A DNA stretch of 64,000 bases from Paragordius varius (GCA_964247055.1 OZ176051.1:13082001-13146000); one strand, 5' to 3'. Shown: positions 27,038-41,650, counted from the first letter of the stretch. Made by a program: numbers and translations. Notes: a model not told the origin generated them from the letters alone.

Positions 27038-30000
27038 ATTATGATGGAACTCTATTATAATTAATTATAATATAAAAAAAGGTGTTGGTTATTTTGTTAA
27101 AATTAGTATTATTATTATTATTAATATTATGGGAAACAAGCAGTATTTAATCATCAAATATATATTGTGTTGTTCCACAATCGATATGAAAAATTTTGGG
27201 AAGAAATGTGAAATTATATATATAATGCATTATAATCACAATTAATTAATAATTTATTTATGATTTCGTTCAGATATCATCTGACATAATTAATTAGTAA
27301 TTTATTAACTATTTTAATTTTTATAAATCATTCACACCCAATCATATTTATTTATTCCCTATTTGTTTTTTCCTAACAAATTGGAAAAAAATTAATAATT
27401 ATAAGTAATTTAATTAATAAATGGGAAATGCAGCCGAATTAGATTAATTTTATATTTTAATGCTCTTCTATATAACAGCTATTCAGCTCTAGATAAACTG
27501 ATCTATATATTTATAAAAATGGAAAATGCTGGCTTTGTGAACTCTTTCCTGAAAACCGATACATCCATTCAAATCCAAATATCGAAAATATATTATTAAT
27601 GAATGCCCCGTCAATAGCTTCGCCCCTTTTTTGAAATAGGCCCCCAGTTCGGGCGCACCCGTGTAAAAAAATGGGTTTATTTTGAGAACACAATCCACAA
27701 AAATCGAGTCTTTGAGACCATTCTGTGGAGACCGTGTTGGACCATTCAATTTCAAATATGATTTTTGTTTACTTATTTTCGATTGCCTCGAACATAGTCG
27801 ACTCGCTTTTTTAATTTAGGCCCTCTTTTTACCCGCTCCCCCCGTAAAATGCTATTTTTTCAAAAAAAGTCCACAAAAAAATTTTTTGAATCTATTTTTC
27901 CCCAAGACAATGAATTAATGCGAATCACATTTAAAATTCTTATGAGATCCTATCTATTAAATAATGTTTCAAAATAATCTACATATGTGGATCATTTTAT
28001 TGTCACTTTTTTCAAATAGCCCCCCCAGAGGTCCGAAGGACTTCCTCGGGCTGCGTAGCAGCACGAGATTTACGCAAGTTGTATATAAATACGAAATTTA
28101 AATCTATGCCCCTATGCTTGGTAATATTATCCGCTCATTTCGCGCATACGGCTGCTTTCTTTGATAATCTCCTTTGAATATAACTAACATTGTAAGTTAA
28201 TATTACCAAAATATTCCTATATATTGCCATATTTACCACTATATTCTCACCAACTCTTCTAACTTTTTTAAATCAAGATATGTCAAAATTTACAAAAGTT
28301 AAATTAGTGAAATAAGTATAATGGACAATATCCCCTCGATTAAAATAGTTTATGTTTATCCAGGTAGGTAATAAAAATACACATACACATAATATATACC
28401 CTAGCATCAAACAGGCGGTACCTTTCTCTATATAAAAAACGAACTTTTTAATACTTAATACTTTCAAGAGTTTATTTAGCCTTTTCTAGAAAATATGTAA
28501 TAATAATTGCGTACATTTTGATGATGCCCTTCAGCCAAATCATAAGTTTATATTGTTGAGAAAAAGACATGTTTTTTTCCAAATATTTCCTCATAGTAAT
28601 ACATTATAAATATATTATAAGCTTAAAATATTTCATTTTTTAAAATTTGGTTGTTTCTTATTATTTTTCATGTAACAAGTATACAAACATTTTTTTAAAC
28701 CCATATTAGTTAAGCTTATTTTTATCTCTTTGTGTCGCGCGTATACAGTAATGGAAATTGTGATTAAATATTTTATGGCTTAAAATACAATTTACTGAAA
28801 AAATCACCATGCAATATACACAAATTATTAATAAAAACCATTATAATTTTTTTGCTCACAGTTTTTTAAATACGATATTTCCAACCAATTTTTTAAACAT
28901 ATTATCAGTCACGTATGTATTCCTTCTTTTCAAAGCAGGTATTATATTTTTATTTTTAAATTTTCCCATTTAGCGTTATAACCAGCCCTTAAATAGCCGA
29001 ATTTCAGAGCAGTTATTGGATTTTGGATTAAATATAAATTTTACTCAGTAAATTGAGTGGTATTCATCAATATTTAAAATATATGCAATAAATATTTGAT
29101 CATCTTTATCACATGGAAAAATAATTTTTAAGGCAAGTGTTGATATTTTTTTCAAGTAAATTATAAAACACCGCCTAAAATTATTAAAATTTAAAGGCAT
29201 TTTCGCTCGTAATAAATTAATTTAAAAATATGAACCATTTAGCCATGGTGCATTATTTAATTTTATAAAAAAATGTAAAATTCAAAATTCTGATTTCTTA
29301 CTTTTTTACCGTCATTAAGTCTTTTTTTTCGTTAACACAACAAGCGAATGCATATAATGGTTAATAAATGTAAAAATTAGGCTTCCCATCATTTGGCAAT
29401 GTATTTTGATAATTATCATTTGAAAATCAGGAGTTTTCAATTAGGTTTCTAGATATTCCGATTTCGGTTAGGAATCGATTAACTATTATAATAGAAATTT
29501 TACTTATAAAGGTAATTGTTTCATCATTATATATTAACCATAATTACGTTAAGAATTTACAAAGCCCTACTTCAAATTCTATAAAAATGGTGTGAACCAC
29601 AAACCATTGCCTTATCAGTTATATTGCCGCAAAGTTTGAATGTACACAGTGAAAATTATATTTCAGGAAATATAAAAAAAATATATTTTGTAGACAGCCC
29701 TATTTTTTGAAACCTGATTTTGTACTTATATTATTAATTGCTATTGTGGAATAAATTAAGAGTGTAGCTTAATACACATTCAGAAACGATAAGGATATTA
29801 AAATATTAGACTTCCTATTATAACTGTCTTTTCTAAAATAATTTTTTTCAGGATTTGACTATAAAATTTCATTTTTTTGACCAAATTTAATTTTATCAAA
29901 CTCATTTTCGATTAAAAATATTTTTTTATCAACTGCTTTTTTAAGTTTATCAGTTCCTTGGATCCTAACTTATTTGATTATTCTGATTTTCCATATTTTT

Positions 30001-30441
30001 ACAGATTCATCCATTTCAATAATTTAAATGTTACTAAACATTAAAATTCAGTAATTATGAAAAGTTTGGGTTTGACAAAAAATATTAAATTGATTCGAAA
30101 AATATTAAGTTCAAAATTGTGTTGAGTATAAAATTTATATTTATATATATTGGCTTTACATCAATTTTAGCATAAGAAATATTTCGCGTCCTTGTCATTT
30201 AAAATTAGATCATATTGAGTTCCTCCAGATTGATATAATTATTTAATTATCATTTGTTTATATATTTGTTAAAATTAGTTTATGGATCGTAGTGGGATAG
30301 TATTTTATTACAATCATATAATATTTAAAAAATATAAATTACATTTATGCAAGCGTAAAAATCTCTATTCGTGAAATGTTTTTTTATTACATACCATTTA
30401 ATTTAATAATCATATTTTAAAAATTTGTAAAAAAATTAAAG

Positions 30442-33400
30442 ATCCCACTTATCAACATGATGAGCTCCCAATTCTCAATATACAAGCGGCAGCTGCAGTA
30501 AGACAAAGATTAGGTCACGATTACCAAACGCAACAGGAAATTTTTCAATGGAATCGGAAATTCTTTATTCGTGAACCCAGAGATGTTACAGTTAATGAGG
30601 GATCGCCCATTTTCTTGTTATGTTCCTTAAGTCGGGTACAATTAGATGCTTTGTCATTAGAATTGAAGGATTTTGATAGCCAGAATTATGAGCTGCACTG
30701 GTATAAGGATGGTGAACAGATCTTACCCAACAAAAGGTAGTATATCTTTTTACTAAATGAAATTTTTTAACACACTTAAAGGTGTAAAGTAGCCATTAAA
30801 TACACAGCGTTATTCGCACGATCACAACCCTAAATATTATTTATTTCTTTTTAACTATAAATTCATTACTTCCACATATTAATTATGACATGGGTTGAGA
30901 TTTTACAAAAAACCAATTTCGCTTTTAAATAAAGAACATAATACTATTAACAGGTATATTACGTACCATAATGGGATAGAAACCAATAAAATTGCCAAAT
31001 TTTAATTTATAAATTTAATTCATGACTATCATAATTATTTTTAGGTTTAACCCATAACGTTATATTTTTTCCCAATTTAGGATATATTTAACGGTTACAG
31101 TCACGGACATAAAGCATTAAACACATTATAACCAGTTATTCCCAACATACATAACTATATAAAATCCATATTTTGTGCCACATAATTATCTTTTGTCTCT
31201 ATCGAAACGACCACCGTCCTAATCAATAATACTATTTATAGATAATTACACTAAATTTCGCAACCTAACATGTCCTTAAACATTACTTAACAACTAAAAC
31301 GTTTTTTTCCAATTTGCGCTATAGCTCTATATAAAACAAGATCCTTTGACTGACTATAAATTTCATGAGATAGCTTATGACCAGAGTATACATTCGCCGC
31401 AAAATTTTTATTTGTTGACGACTTAGCTTTTGAAATATCGAGAGAAATTACATAATTGGGCAAAAAGTGAAAATTGAGAATAATTAAAGGAATAATGATA
31501 GAACTTACGAATTATTATGTTTTATTATCCTAGCAGATATTTGCATATATAAATAACCTATCATATAGTTAAAGTTTTTATAAATATTCAGAACGGAAAA
31601 TAGCTTTTAACCTACTTAGAACAAATTTTTTATGAAACTATATTAAAATTTTAATTTTTTATTAACTTAACTCACTATTAAAATCTTAACATTCATATTT
31701 TATTCAGTAAAAAACAATGCAAAAAAGCTAAAAAAATATTGTTTTAAATTTTTCATTTATTTGTCACCTGGTTTATTGGAGTATAAATAATTTACTATTT
31801 AATTTTGGGATCGTTTATAAGCGGTAATTACAAATATAAATTAGAAATAGAATTCACAAATAGTGGAATATCAACCAAAAATTAGTACAAATCCCAAAAA
31901 TATTAATTTGTGTTAAAACAAATCTATTACAGGAAACGGATTCTTGGTTGATATTTCATTAATTATATTATATCAGTGATACTCAAACCGCGGCCCGGGC
32001 CGCATGCGGCCCCAACAGTGCTTTAAAATTGCCCTATGACCAAATTAATGTTATTTTTTATCGATGAATTTTTAAAATAGACATAAACGAATTTCGCCTA
32101 TTTGAATTTTAATTTATTTGCTTTAGATTTTATTTTGGTATATTTTTTTAACCAATTTGAAATGTAGAAAAATTTCCTAAATTAAAATGATTATAAAATT
32201 TTGGCACACGTTGTTTCTGCTGTATTTTCTTTTCTATTGAATTTGGAATTCCTTTTTTGTATTTAAGCAGCCTTTAACCCAAACTTGCATATACATATTC
32301 TTTTCAATGCTATACTGCAATTTTTCATAACTCATTCTATAATATTTTTCAAGTCAACTTCATTAAATGTCGACCTGTTTTTTTAAGCATAATTAAAATT
32401 ATATTCCTAATTTTAAAAAAAAAACACATGACATCTAATGCTAAAAATGTAAATTTTCCGATGAAAATCGCACCTTAAAAAAGAATGGAAAGAAAAATTC
32501 CTTGTCGTTTTAAAAAACAGATAATTTACAATCCATCATTTTCATAAAATACCAGAAAATCATGACAAAAGAAACGAAAAGATATAGCTAACCACATCCG
32601 TGACAGAGTATTCAACCACCGTATTCAAAAACCCTCAAAGATATCCACAGTTGATGATTTCATTTGTACACCGTTGTGAGATGGCTAGTCTTAGCAAAAT
32701 ATTAATAGACTTTTTGTTTTAAGACATGAAATTCTATTATTTATAAATGATAACAGAAAGTTTGACGAGGAAAAATAGTGACAAATTGAGTGTTTTATTA
32801 GCCTACCTTTGCGACATTATTTATAAAATTATTATTTTTAATACAAGTCTTCAAGGAAGCAAAATGACCCAGTTTGGTGATCAGATATTTGCTTTTGAAG
32901 AAAAATTAAATATATAAACAAGATTTTATAAATAAAACACTCCTATATTTTCAAACACTTAAATCGATTTATAAAGAAAATATGGAATTTACCGATTAAT
33001 TTAATAATAGACAATCATCTAACATTTTAATGAAAAGAAATTCAGATTTCAAGATTTAAGAAATATTAAAATTGGTTAAAACTCGTTGAAAATCCATGGC
33101 ATATGGATATCCAATATTAAGAAATGGAGCATTTCGGTTTTGATCAGGCGCATGTCATTAAAGAATTCGTAGATTTAAAAAATTATTCTAATTTAGAGGC
33201 TATATTCAGGAGAATCGTAGAAAAGAAAGATATGTAGAGTTTTGGCAAGATGCCAAATAAATATGAAAATATAAAAAAATGTGCTCTAGTTATTAACTGT
33301 TTTTCCCTCAACTTACACGTGTGAGACGGCATATTCAAAAATGTAGTATGCCAACAATACATACAGAAATCGCTGAACCGATGATCATATGGACGAGGTA

Positions 33401-36400
33401 TTAAGATTGGCCTGTCATGAGGCGAAACCAAATTTGTCAAAAATCATTGGTTAATATCAAAATAAATGTTATCAAAATATTTTAATTTTTTGAACTAAAT
33501 GGTTCCGAGATTTTAGCTGGTACATGAGATCCGCAAAAAAATTATTGAGCTGATTTAGTATAAATATGTGCAAATGTTTCAAATAGCTATGGAATATTAG
33601 CCATTATAAAGTTCATGGCCCTCGAAAAAAAATTATATTTTATTTGGCCCGTAAAATTTTTTTGGTGAGTACCACTTTATTATATTGCATAATTTAAATA
33701 GTTTATGATTCCCGCTCATCAAATAAAACAGTAAAATTTTTTTACACTCACAAACCAGATGAAAAATTAATAAATAAAAAACAGTATATTTATATTTAGT
33801 TATATATCATTTAAATTCACACTTGAACAATGCGAATTTACCCTCAAACAATTCAAATTTACCCTTGAACAATTCGAATTGACTCTAAAATTAATCATGT
33901 GTTTTCGGGCTAATATAACTTATCATTAATATGAAATATATTTTTACGACATAGTTTCTTATTTTTTCAGCATTATATTAATTTTAAACAGAATTTCATA
34001 TTTTAAAAATATTATAAAATAATTTTTAATCTTAATAAACAAATATTTTATGGTATGAATTGTTAAAGGGTGAATTTGAACTGTAACTGATATATAAATT
34101 TTTTACTGAAAAAAATATGAATATTAAGATTGTAATAGTGAGTTTAGCTGTAGCTAGTAAAATATTCATAAAAATTATTTTAATGTAGCTTCATAGAAAT
34201 TTTGTCTTTTAAGTACGTTAATACAAAAACGCGATTTTTATCTGAATTTATATAAAAATCTTTACTATATGATTTTAGCTCATATCTGCTGATAATAAAC
34301 CATAATATCTCAAGTTCTATCATTATTTTTTAATTATCCTTTTCCCAATTTTGATTTTCCAATATTTCAAAAACTAGTCACCAAATAAAATTTTTGGCGG
34401 CAAATGAATTCGCTGATCATAAGCTATATCATAAAAAAATTTAAAAAAAATTATCCTCTTTTTTGCCAGTGATATATTTCTTCTATAAATTTTGTCATAA
34501 TTATAAATTTTGTTCAAATTAAAACTGCATTGTAATAATATATTTTGATTATATTTTGGAGTTTTGTACTGAAGAATAAACTACTGTTTTAAATGTTGGA
34601 TATTTAATTATTAGACAGAAAGAGATATAAAAGCAATATAGTTTACAGTTTCTAATTTTAAAGTCCGAAATCTGAGTAAAACCTGATGATAAGAAAGCCT
34701 TTTTAGAATATAAAAGTGAAATATTTGAAAGCTTTCTAAATTAAATCCTTTGAATTAAGCTAATTAATTTATTGATTTAACAATTTTAAATTTTTTATAA
34801 AAATTTTAAAGCATGCGCTTTAAAGAATGCATGTCATAATTGGCTTAATGATCTATACTTTTTATTGATTTAAAACTCGGGTCAAAACTACCCTTATTAA
34901 GAAGGTTTTAAATCAAGGCTACATTATCTAAGATAGCTGACTAGCCAGAATTTAAAAATTTTTAATTATCATATACATACTAAGGCTCTTGTTATAAAAT
35001 ATTTTTATAGTGTATATAAACTATCAAATATTTTGATCCTCTCTCAAAACAAGTGAGCATATAATTAGAAAAAAAAGGTTTTATAGCAATATATATCACA
35101 TTAGATTTCGCATCTACTTTTGCAAATTATAGGCCACTAACACATTTAATTATTTGTTTTTTAGTATGCAAGTTTTAATCAATATTTATATATTTTAATT
35201 CGATTATTCTAGAAAATAGGACTGCTAAATTATTTTGTTAAATTTAAACAAAGTATGTCTCTTTATTTTTAGATACTTAAACGAGAATGATTTGAGTTTC
35301 GAATCCTAATAATTTGGGCGAATTTGTTTTGGGTCTGATTTCGGTATAAACTGTATTTGGGGCATTTTTATGGTTCAAATTAAAATTTTCAAATACCTAT
35401 ATTTACCGATTAGTAAAATAGCTGCAAAACGTTATATATTGATGATCTTCATGCTGAGTGGTCATGAGATAATTCTCATCTATACTTTTATGCCTTCATC
35501 TTCTGATTGGCATTTATCATTTATGCATCCAGGTTTTTGTCCGCTCTTGTCATTTCTAATTCTTGATTCCACTGTTCAACCTAGACCTTTTCAAGGTTAC
35601 TTCCAAAAATCTTTTTTCAAATTTTTTCAACCTACTAATTTGTGTGTCTATGTATTATAGTCGGCTGAATACCGTATAAATATAAACTTAGGCTTATTAT
35701 TAAATTTTTCTCCATTTAAACTAACTATAATTCATGTTTTCGTAAAACCCAAAGTTTTGGCTCCAAGGTTTGGCTATTAACATTGCGTTTAAATTCGGGA
35801 ATAAATATAACCTGATAAAATATTTATATTTTAGGAAATATATGAAGATTATCATGTGCTTCTAATTTTGGCCCTTATAAGTCATATAGAAAGTTATCAT
35901 TACTTTTGTAGTAACTGCTCCATATAAGGAAATGGCGAATTTCGGAACACATTATTTCATACAACTTTTTGATTAAAGCTAAATGCTTCATTCCAAAAAA
36001 TATCGTTAAAATGTATCATAAACTAATAAAAAGTAAAACACATTTAAATTAATTTTTAGATGTCATCTAGTAAAGTTCCAAATTATCTCTTCCGGGATAG
36101 TTCTCTCAAGAAAAGCGCCCCGGGGTTGCGCGATATAACTTAAAGTTAAATTTTGATATCAAAAAATATTTTTAAAAAATGTATACTTTTCAAAAATTTA
36201 TTTTTTAGCCAAATTTTGGTCAAACGTATTTCATACTATTTTAAAGCACGATGGAAACGGTATAAAAACTCTATCTGAACATTTCAGCTTCTGAAATTTA
36301 GGGTTATTTGCCTAATTTGGTGATTTGTGAAAAAATAGGATTATTTAACATAAAACCAACGAAATTAACTGAGGTGAGAGAAAAGTTTAGCATTAGATAA

Positions 36401-39400
36401 AATGTTCTTACAATATTTTATAGCATTTCTATCATGGCTTAAAATACTATGAGCTTACACAAATTTTTCCAAAACTGAGGTTTTTTAAAAGAATGCATTT
36501 TTAAAAGATTAGTTAAAATATCAAAATTTAGCATATGTTTAAAACTTTTATCGTGCAATCTCGGCATTTTGCAATCATTATTGTGAAAGAGCGATTTGGG
36601 ACTTTTCGAGCTTACATAGAAAAATTGAAAGGTTTTAAAAACATTGCTTGGCTTTTCATATTTAGTTTATATTTTAGTGATATTTTGAAATAAAGCATTT
36701 AGCTTTCACCAAAAAAATTTATTTTAAAAAATGCACGATTTTGCCTTCTGTATGGAGCAGTAACTATAAAAATAAACCAAAACAATCGTAAGGGCCAAAA
36801 TTAGAAGCACGTTATACTCCTGATACATTTACTATCAAATATAGTTTATTAGGATATTTTTGTGGACAGTGTATATATATATGTTTTTGAGATGTCCTAA
36901 AATATTTTTCATTATTTTATTATAGCAAATTACAAAACAAATTGGTAGGATTTATTCCCGAGGTGATGATTATCCATATAACAAATTTAAAGTGAAAAAA
37001 GACATTTATTAAATAACGTTAATATAATTACCTCAATCTTAAAAATCCACTTTAATGGTTGTTCGTGCAGATTTTTTGGTATATCTTTCTTATTTAGTGA
37101 TCAATTAAAAATAATTAAAAATATTATTGTTTTTTAACATTAATCAAAATACATAAATTATCATCAATATAATTGATAAACATATTCATTAACTTTTGAA
37201 AATTATTCAAATGGGACTAAATAATATTAATTTACGGATTTCAAATAGGGGACTAAGCATGAAAATGATTAGTTAGCAGAAATCCACTATTACATAAGTA
37301 TAAACTAAAATATTTAGTTTACAGTTGGATCTGATCGTTGTGAATGCTTACTTATTGTAGATTTTAAATACCAAATTAAATATTTTTAATCGTTAATAAC
37401 TATTTTTTTTGCAAATTAATACGGCTAATTCACTAATCACCGTAAATAATACACTATTGCCGAAAGTTGTTTAATATAAAAATGTTATGTCAAATTTTTT
37501 TTGATTAAATAATAATATATTAGGTATGCCATTTCGGAAGACCGCGAGAGGGCAAATTATTCCATTTATATAAGCCAGGCTATGATGAAATTTGACAGTG
37601 GCCGGTGGAGTTGTTCCGTCAATCGAGGGCTTATCGTCTCATTACATGCAACTATTAATATAATACAATTAGGTTAAAATTTAGTAAAATAGAGTTTACG
37701 AAATCACGAAAAATTTTAATGGTTAAACGCTTTACTTTCTTTATGTATATGAGTTTAGTTTTACACTGTATTTTATAATATAGTCGATTTTAGATACTCG
37801 TCTTTGCCCTTAACAAATACCTACAAGCAAAATGTTGTCACAAACATGGAAGGTAAATAGTCTGTCTCTCCAATCTTTTTTTTTTATAAATAATCGATGG
37901 CTGTTACTATTTATATATTAGCTTTTCATGATTGCTTGGAGGATAAATTTTTAGTCACCATGGATTTTAATTTTGGCGATCACCTGATTAAAGGCAACCA
38001 AAAAGCGCTAATAAGATTTTTTGTGCCTGCTGATGCATTTCAAACCGTAAAACCCGGACTCATAAGGTCAGTAACAAAGAAAAGTAAAAAATAATAGTAA
38101 TATTAATTAAACCATTTGATATGTTTAATTTAATTTAAACTTTTATCTATTTTAGTAAATATAGCCGTATTTATATATGATCAATAAATGTTAGCTTAAT
38201 TTACCTTAATATAAATTTAATAATTAAAGTTATACAGACATAACTGAGGATACATATTTTTTACTAAATAACCATATTTTTGAAATATATTATATTATTA
38301 TAATTGGTGGAATACATGTAAATAAGTAACATACTATCACAATTGTATTTACTTACTTTATATAAAAAATAATATGGTTTTTAAAAATGTTTATCGTTTA
38401 ATTCCTACGTTTTGTCCGTATATTAAAGTTTTTACTATATATTAAAATATTTAGTATTTTTTAGTAATTTCACATTTTAGCTATAAAAAGCCGAAACCGA
38501 AATCTAAGAGACATTTGTTTGAACGTATCATCGCCCCTCGAGATGAATGCCAAAAAACATTTTTGTACAACCCAAGAAAAAATCAAACCTCATTTTCCTT
38601 TTTTATACCTTATTATGGCTGTGGAACTATCATTATGCCCCATAAAGTCAAGTTTTTATTTATATAGAGGATCTTTTATACACATAGCTTATTTTTTTAT
38701 GTAAAATATACATTTTATTGCACTCCCTTTATATTGGAAAATTATGTCATTTCTTACTATTGATCATATAGGTTAATATATCTTATACAAACTATACCAC
38801 AAGCATAAACATTGTGTGGAATATGTCGAAACTCGGACAACGGCAAAGTAGGTAATATAATTAAAATTTAATTTAAATTTTGCTCTCTTTAATTAATTAA
38901 ATAAATTAGCAAACGCTAAACATATAAGTATTATATATGGTATACCGGATGGAACTTCATTCCTAACATTTTTATTATATATTTTAACCATATTAAAAAA
39001 ATTTCGGTTATGTATTATCCAAAATTAATTAGCGTTTAATATATGTAGTTTATGAGACATAATGATAAGTAATCGGGTGAGTATCACACGCCATTCAAGA
39101 GAAATGGCGCACAAAAACAATTTAAGTAACATAACTAATAAACCTGAAATAAATGATATAACTTTTAATAATAATTTTAAGGCATATTATATGTCAATAT
39201 ATCAATTTAAAAGCGGTATGTTTTATTATAAAAAGCCTTTTGGGATAATTTCAGAAATTTACACATATGCTTAATATATTTAGATTACAATTATGATTAA
39301 ACATTTTATGTAACCAAATAATTTTGGTTAAATGCTAAGGTTGGGAATTTTAACAAGTCTTATAATACATATTTTTTACAAAAGAGTGTTTATGATTTTG

Positions 39401-41650
39401 CTTGAGAAGTTTTGAATAAAAGTAAATTTTAGATCTGCATGCCCGAATTCTCCACCCATCCTTATAGGCTACGATTGATGTTCATTTGTGTACAAACTTT
39501 GAATCATCAGTGACATAATAGTCTTAGGCATTTTAAAATCGATAGATTTTCCTAAAAAGGAATATGTTGAAAGAGGGGTGTGGTCGAGTAAACATAAATA
39601 GTAAAACACTGTTTTATGTGTTTAGCCATCTCTTACCACAATATGACTCACAAAAATTGCATCAAAGAAGCCTTGGCATATTTACGTTATCCTGCTATAA
39701 ACCGTCCAGATCTTTCCGAGCTTCTGCACTGGAACCCCATCTTAGAATTTCTGAAGCGAGAAATGAAATACAAGAATCTCCCATTCCGGTACCAAACAAA
39801 AGAGTCTTACCATATGTAATTTGTAATATTTATTTTAAATTAACATAAAATTTGTACAATAAAATAAATTTTGTTAATTATTTCTGAAATATTTCCAAAA
39901 TATTTTTTACTTGTAGGATTGCAACTCGGATTTAAAAGAACCCAAAATGACGTGTAAGTAATTATATTATTTTATTAATAAAAAGAAATTATAATGTATC
40001 AAATTTAGATATATATACATACATACATATATATATGTATATGGGGCAACACTAAATGGTTTAGTAAAAATCAAATTTATTATTAAAATTAATTAGTAGA
40101 TATAGTTTTAGCCATAGATTTTACATAGTTAATTGTTCAACCAATATAAATTAAATATTTAGGTTGAGGTTAATAAAAACAATGCGGTACATCCCTATTA
40201 AAAGATATCGAACAAAGTTTTAGTTTTTTAATTTAATCTCTATCGATTGCCTTATTTACACATTCTTGTATAATTGTAGTAGAATTTAATTGTGAAATCG
40301 ATTATTTTGCCGTCAATCTGAGTTTTGCTCAACCTTTCACTGGCAAAATAGCTATTATGTTACAAGAAAATATGATTGTTGAATCGTGTTCACACCAGAT
40401 TTTTGACCAAAAGAAATTTTTATTTCAAATACTTTACACTGGATGTTCCAATTCTACCGTTGATTATGGATCCAATACTGATGAAAAGACTAAGGTTCTT
40501 ATATATTTATTCAGCTTATTAACCATTTTTTTTCTATAATTATATTTTCTTAAATAATATTTAGTGTAAAAAACATTCAATAATGATTATTCCATTTTCT
40601 AATTTATTTCAAACTATCTTTTTTTATAATTAAAAGTTAAAAACACCATGCTTTCATAACTTACTAGTATGTGATTATAAAGGTCCCTCCCTTATTTGCC
40701 AAAAATATAAAAAATTAAATAAATAAGTTTTTATAATTTTAATTATCAGTTATTATATATTATATTAATAATTTAAATCAAAAAATTTCTGTTATGTATT
40801 TTTGAAAAAGATTATGTGCAGAATTTTGCAGATTATTAATATTTAATAATTAATAATAGACATAATTTAATCAGATTATATAATCATAATTAATTTTTTT
40901 TATACCGCGTTGAGTTTAAATAAGTGATATAGGTATTTACAAAAGACAATGAATTACACCAAATATGAGCGAAAGTGTTATAATCAAGAGCGTATATATA
41001 TATATAATTATGTAGCTGGGAATCAACGCTTTTAATTAATTAATCGCCTAACAGGGATATGGAACTAGAATAACTTTATTAGTCTAAAAATTTAAGAACA
41101 GGTTATGTTTAAAACCGTTGTGAACCAATAATTTGTCCTTGAATCCAAAGCCTCACACTAATTATATTAATAATATAAAATTTCTATTATAGCATAAATA
41201 TGAATTTACACGATATGCTGAATTTAAAACACTCATATACGTGGAACAATATTGCTCAAAAACGTTTCTCAAACGTGGCTTGGAATGCAAAGTGAGCTAT
41301 ATTTGATTTTTGATTTATTCGAGCTGCTTTTAAGCTATTAATATTTTTAAAAAACTAAATTGATTAAAATTATTTGAAATAGAAAATTTGTCAAGATTTT
41401 AACATAAGAAAGATTTGTCATTACCTAAAAACAAATAAACAGCTAGCTGATTTCGCATAAAACTTCAAACCGTTAATATTTACAGATAACTTTATAATAT
41501 AAATTACCTTTATACAATTGGCCCTTATTAATTATTTAAACTGTAAATTGCTCCTTTTTTTAAAAAATTTTATTGGTTACGATAATATGTTATTTATCAT
41601 AGTTTTGGAATCCAGTAAAAGGAGCGATCCTTTTCAAAGAAAATCCGTAA
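30442..41650 (+). CDS. Extracellular protein with Ig I-set domain and two ZP-N-like modules (5' exons not resolved; last exon tentative)
   Basis: Phase-consistent exons 30442-30736, 37524-37672, 37784-37852, 37922-38066, 38481-38646, 38772-38851, 39182-39215 (weak), 39433-39509, 39626-39815, 39917-39953, 40280-40494, 41193-41291, 41603-41650. Ig: FIREPRDVTVNEGSPIFLLC...HWYKDG...RYAI...DSGRWSC. ZP-N: HDCLEDKFLVTMDF...DEC...FSFFIPYYGCGT...LMFIC and FNCEIDYFAVNLSFAQPFTGKI...ESC...FQILYTGC...LECK. Confidence 0.68.
31974..33677 (+). mobile_element. Degenerate hAT (Buster/SPIN-like) DNA transposon in intron of Ig-ZP gene
   Basis: TIRs cagtgatactca / tgagtaccactt; exact 8-bp TSD TATTATAT (31966-31973, 33678-33685); transposase relics ENRTLKKEW (~32462), LAYLCDI..LQG (~32800-32860), STYTCETAYSKM...RNR.TDDHM..LRLA (~33310-33412) with stops. 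Confidence 0.88.
33803..34095. mobile_element. Foldback-type MITE with ~21-bp subrepeats (aatttacccttgaacaattcg)
   Basis: Tandem subrepeats at 33815-33885; inverted counterpart tgaattgttaaagggtgaatttga ~34057-34080; TATATCATTT left end. Confidence 0.5.
35800..36871. mobile_element. Tc1/mariner-like non-autonomous element (left end degenerate)
   Basis: gtgcttctaattttggccctta and gtaactgctccata recur inverted at ~36750-36815; right end ...gtggacagtg|ta. Confidence 0.55.

Noticed and set aside
27489-27755. ORFs 27489-27755 and 27511-27693
   Set aside because: No recognisable domain; they lie in a GC-richer, probably repetitive element.
28106-28177. Signal-peptide-like mini ORF MPLCLVILSAHFAHTAAFFDNLL as first Ig-ZP exon
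   Set aside because: It reaches a stop with no phase-1 donor; no support.
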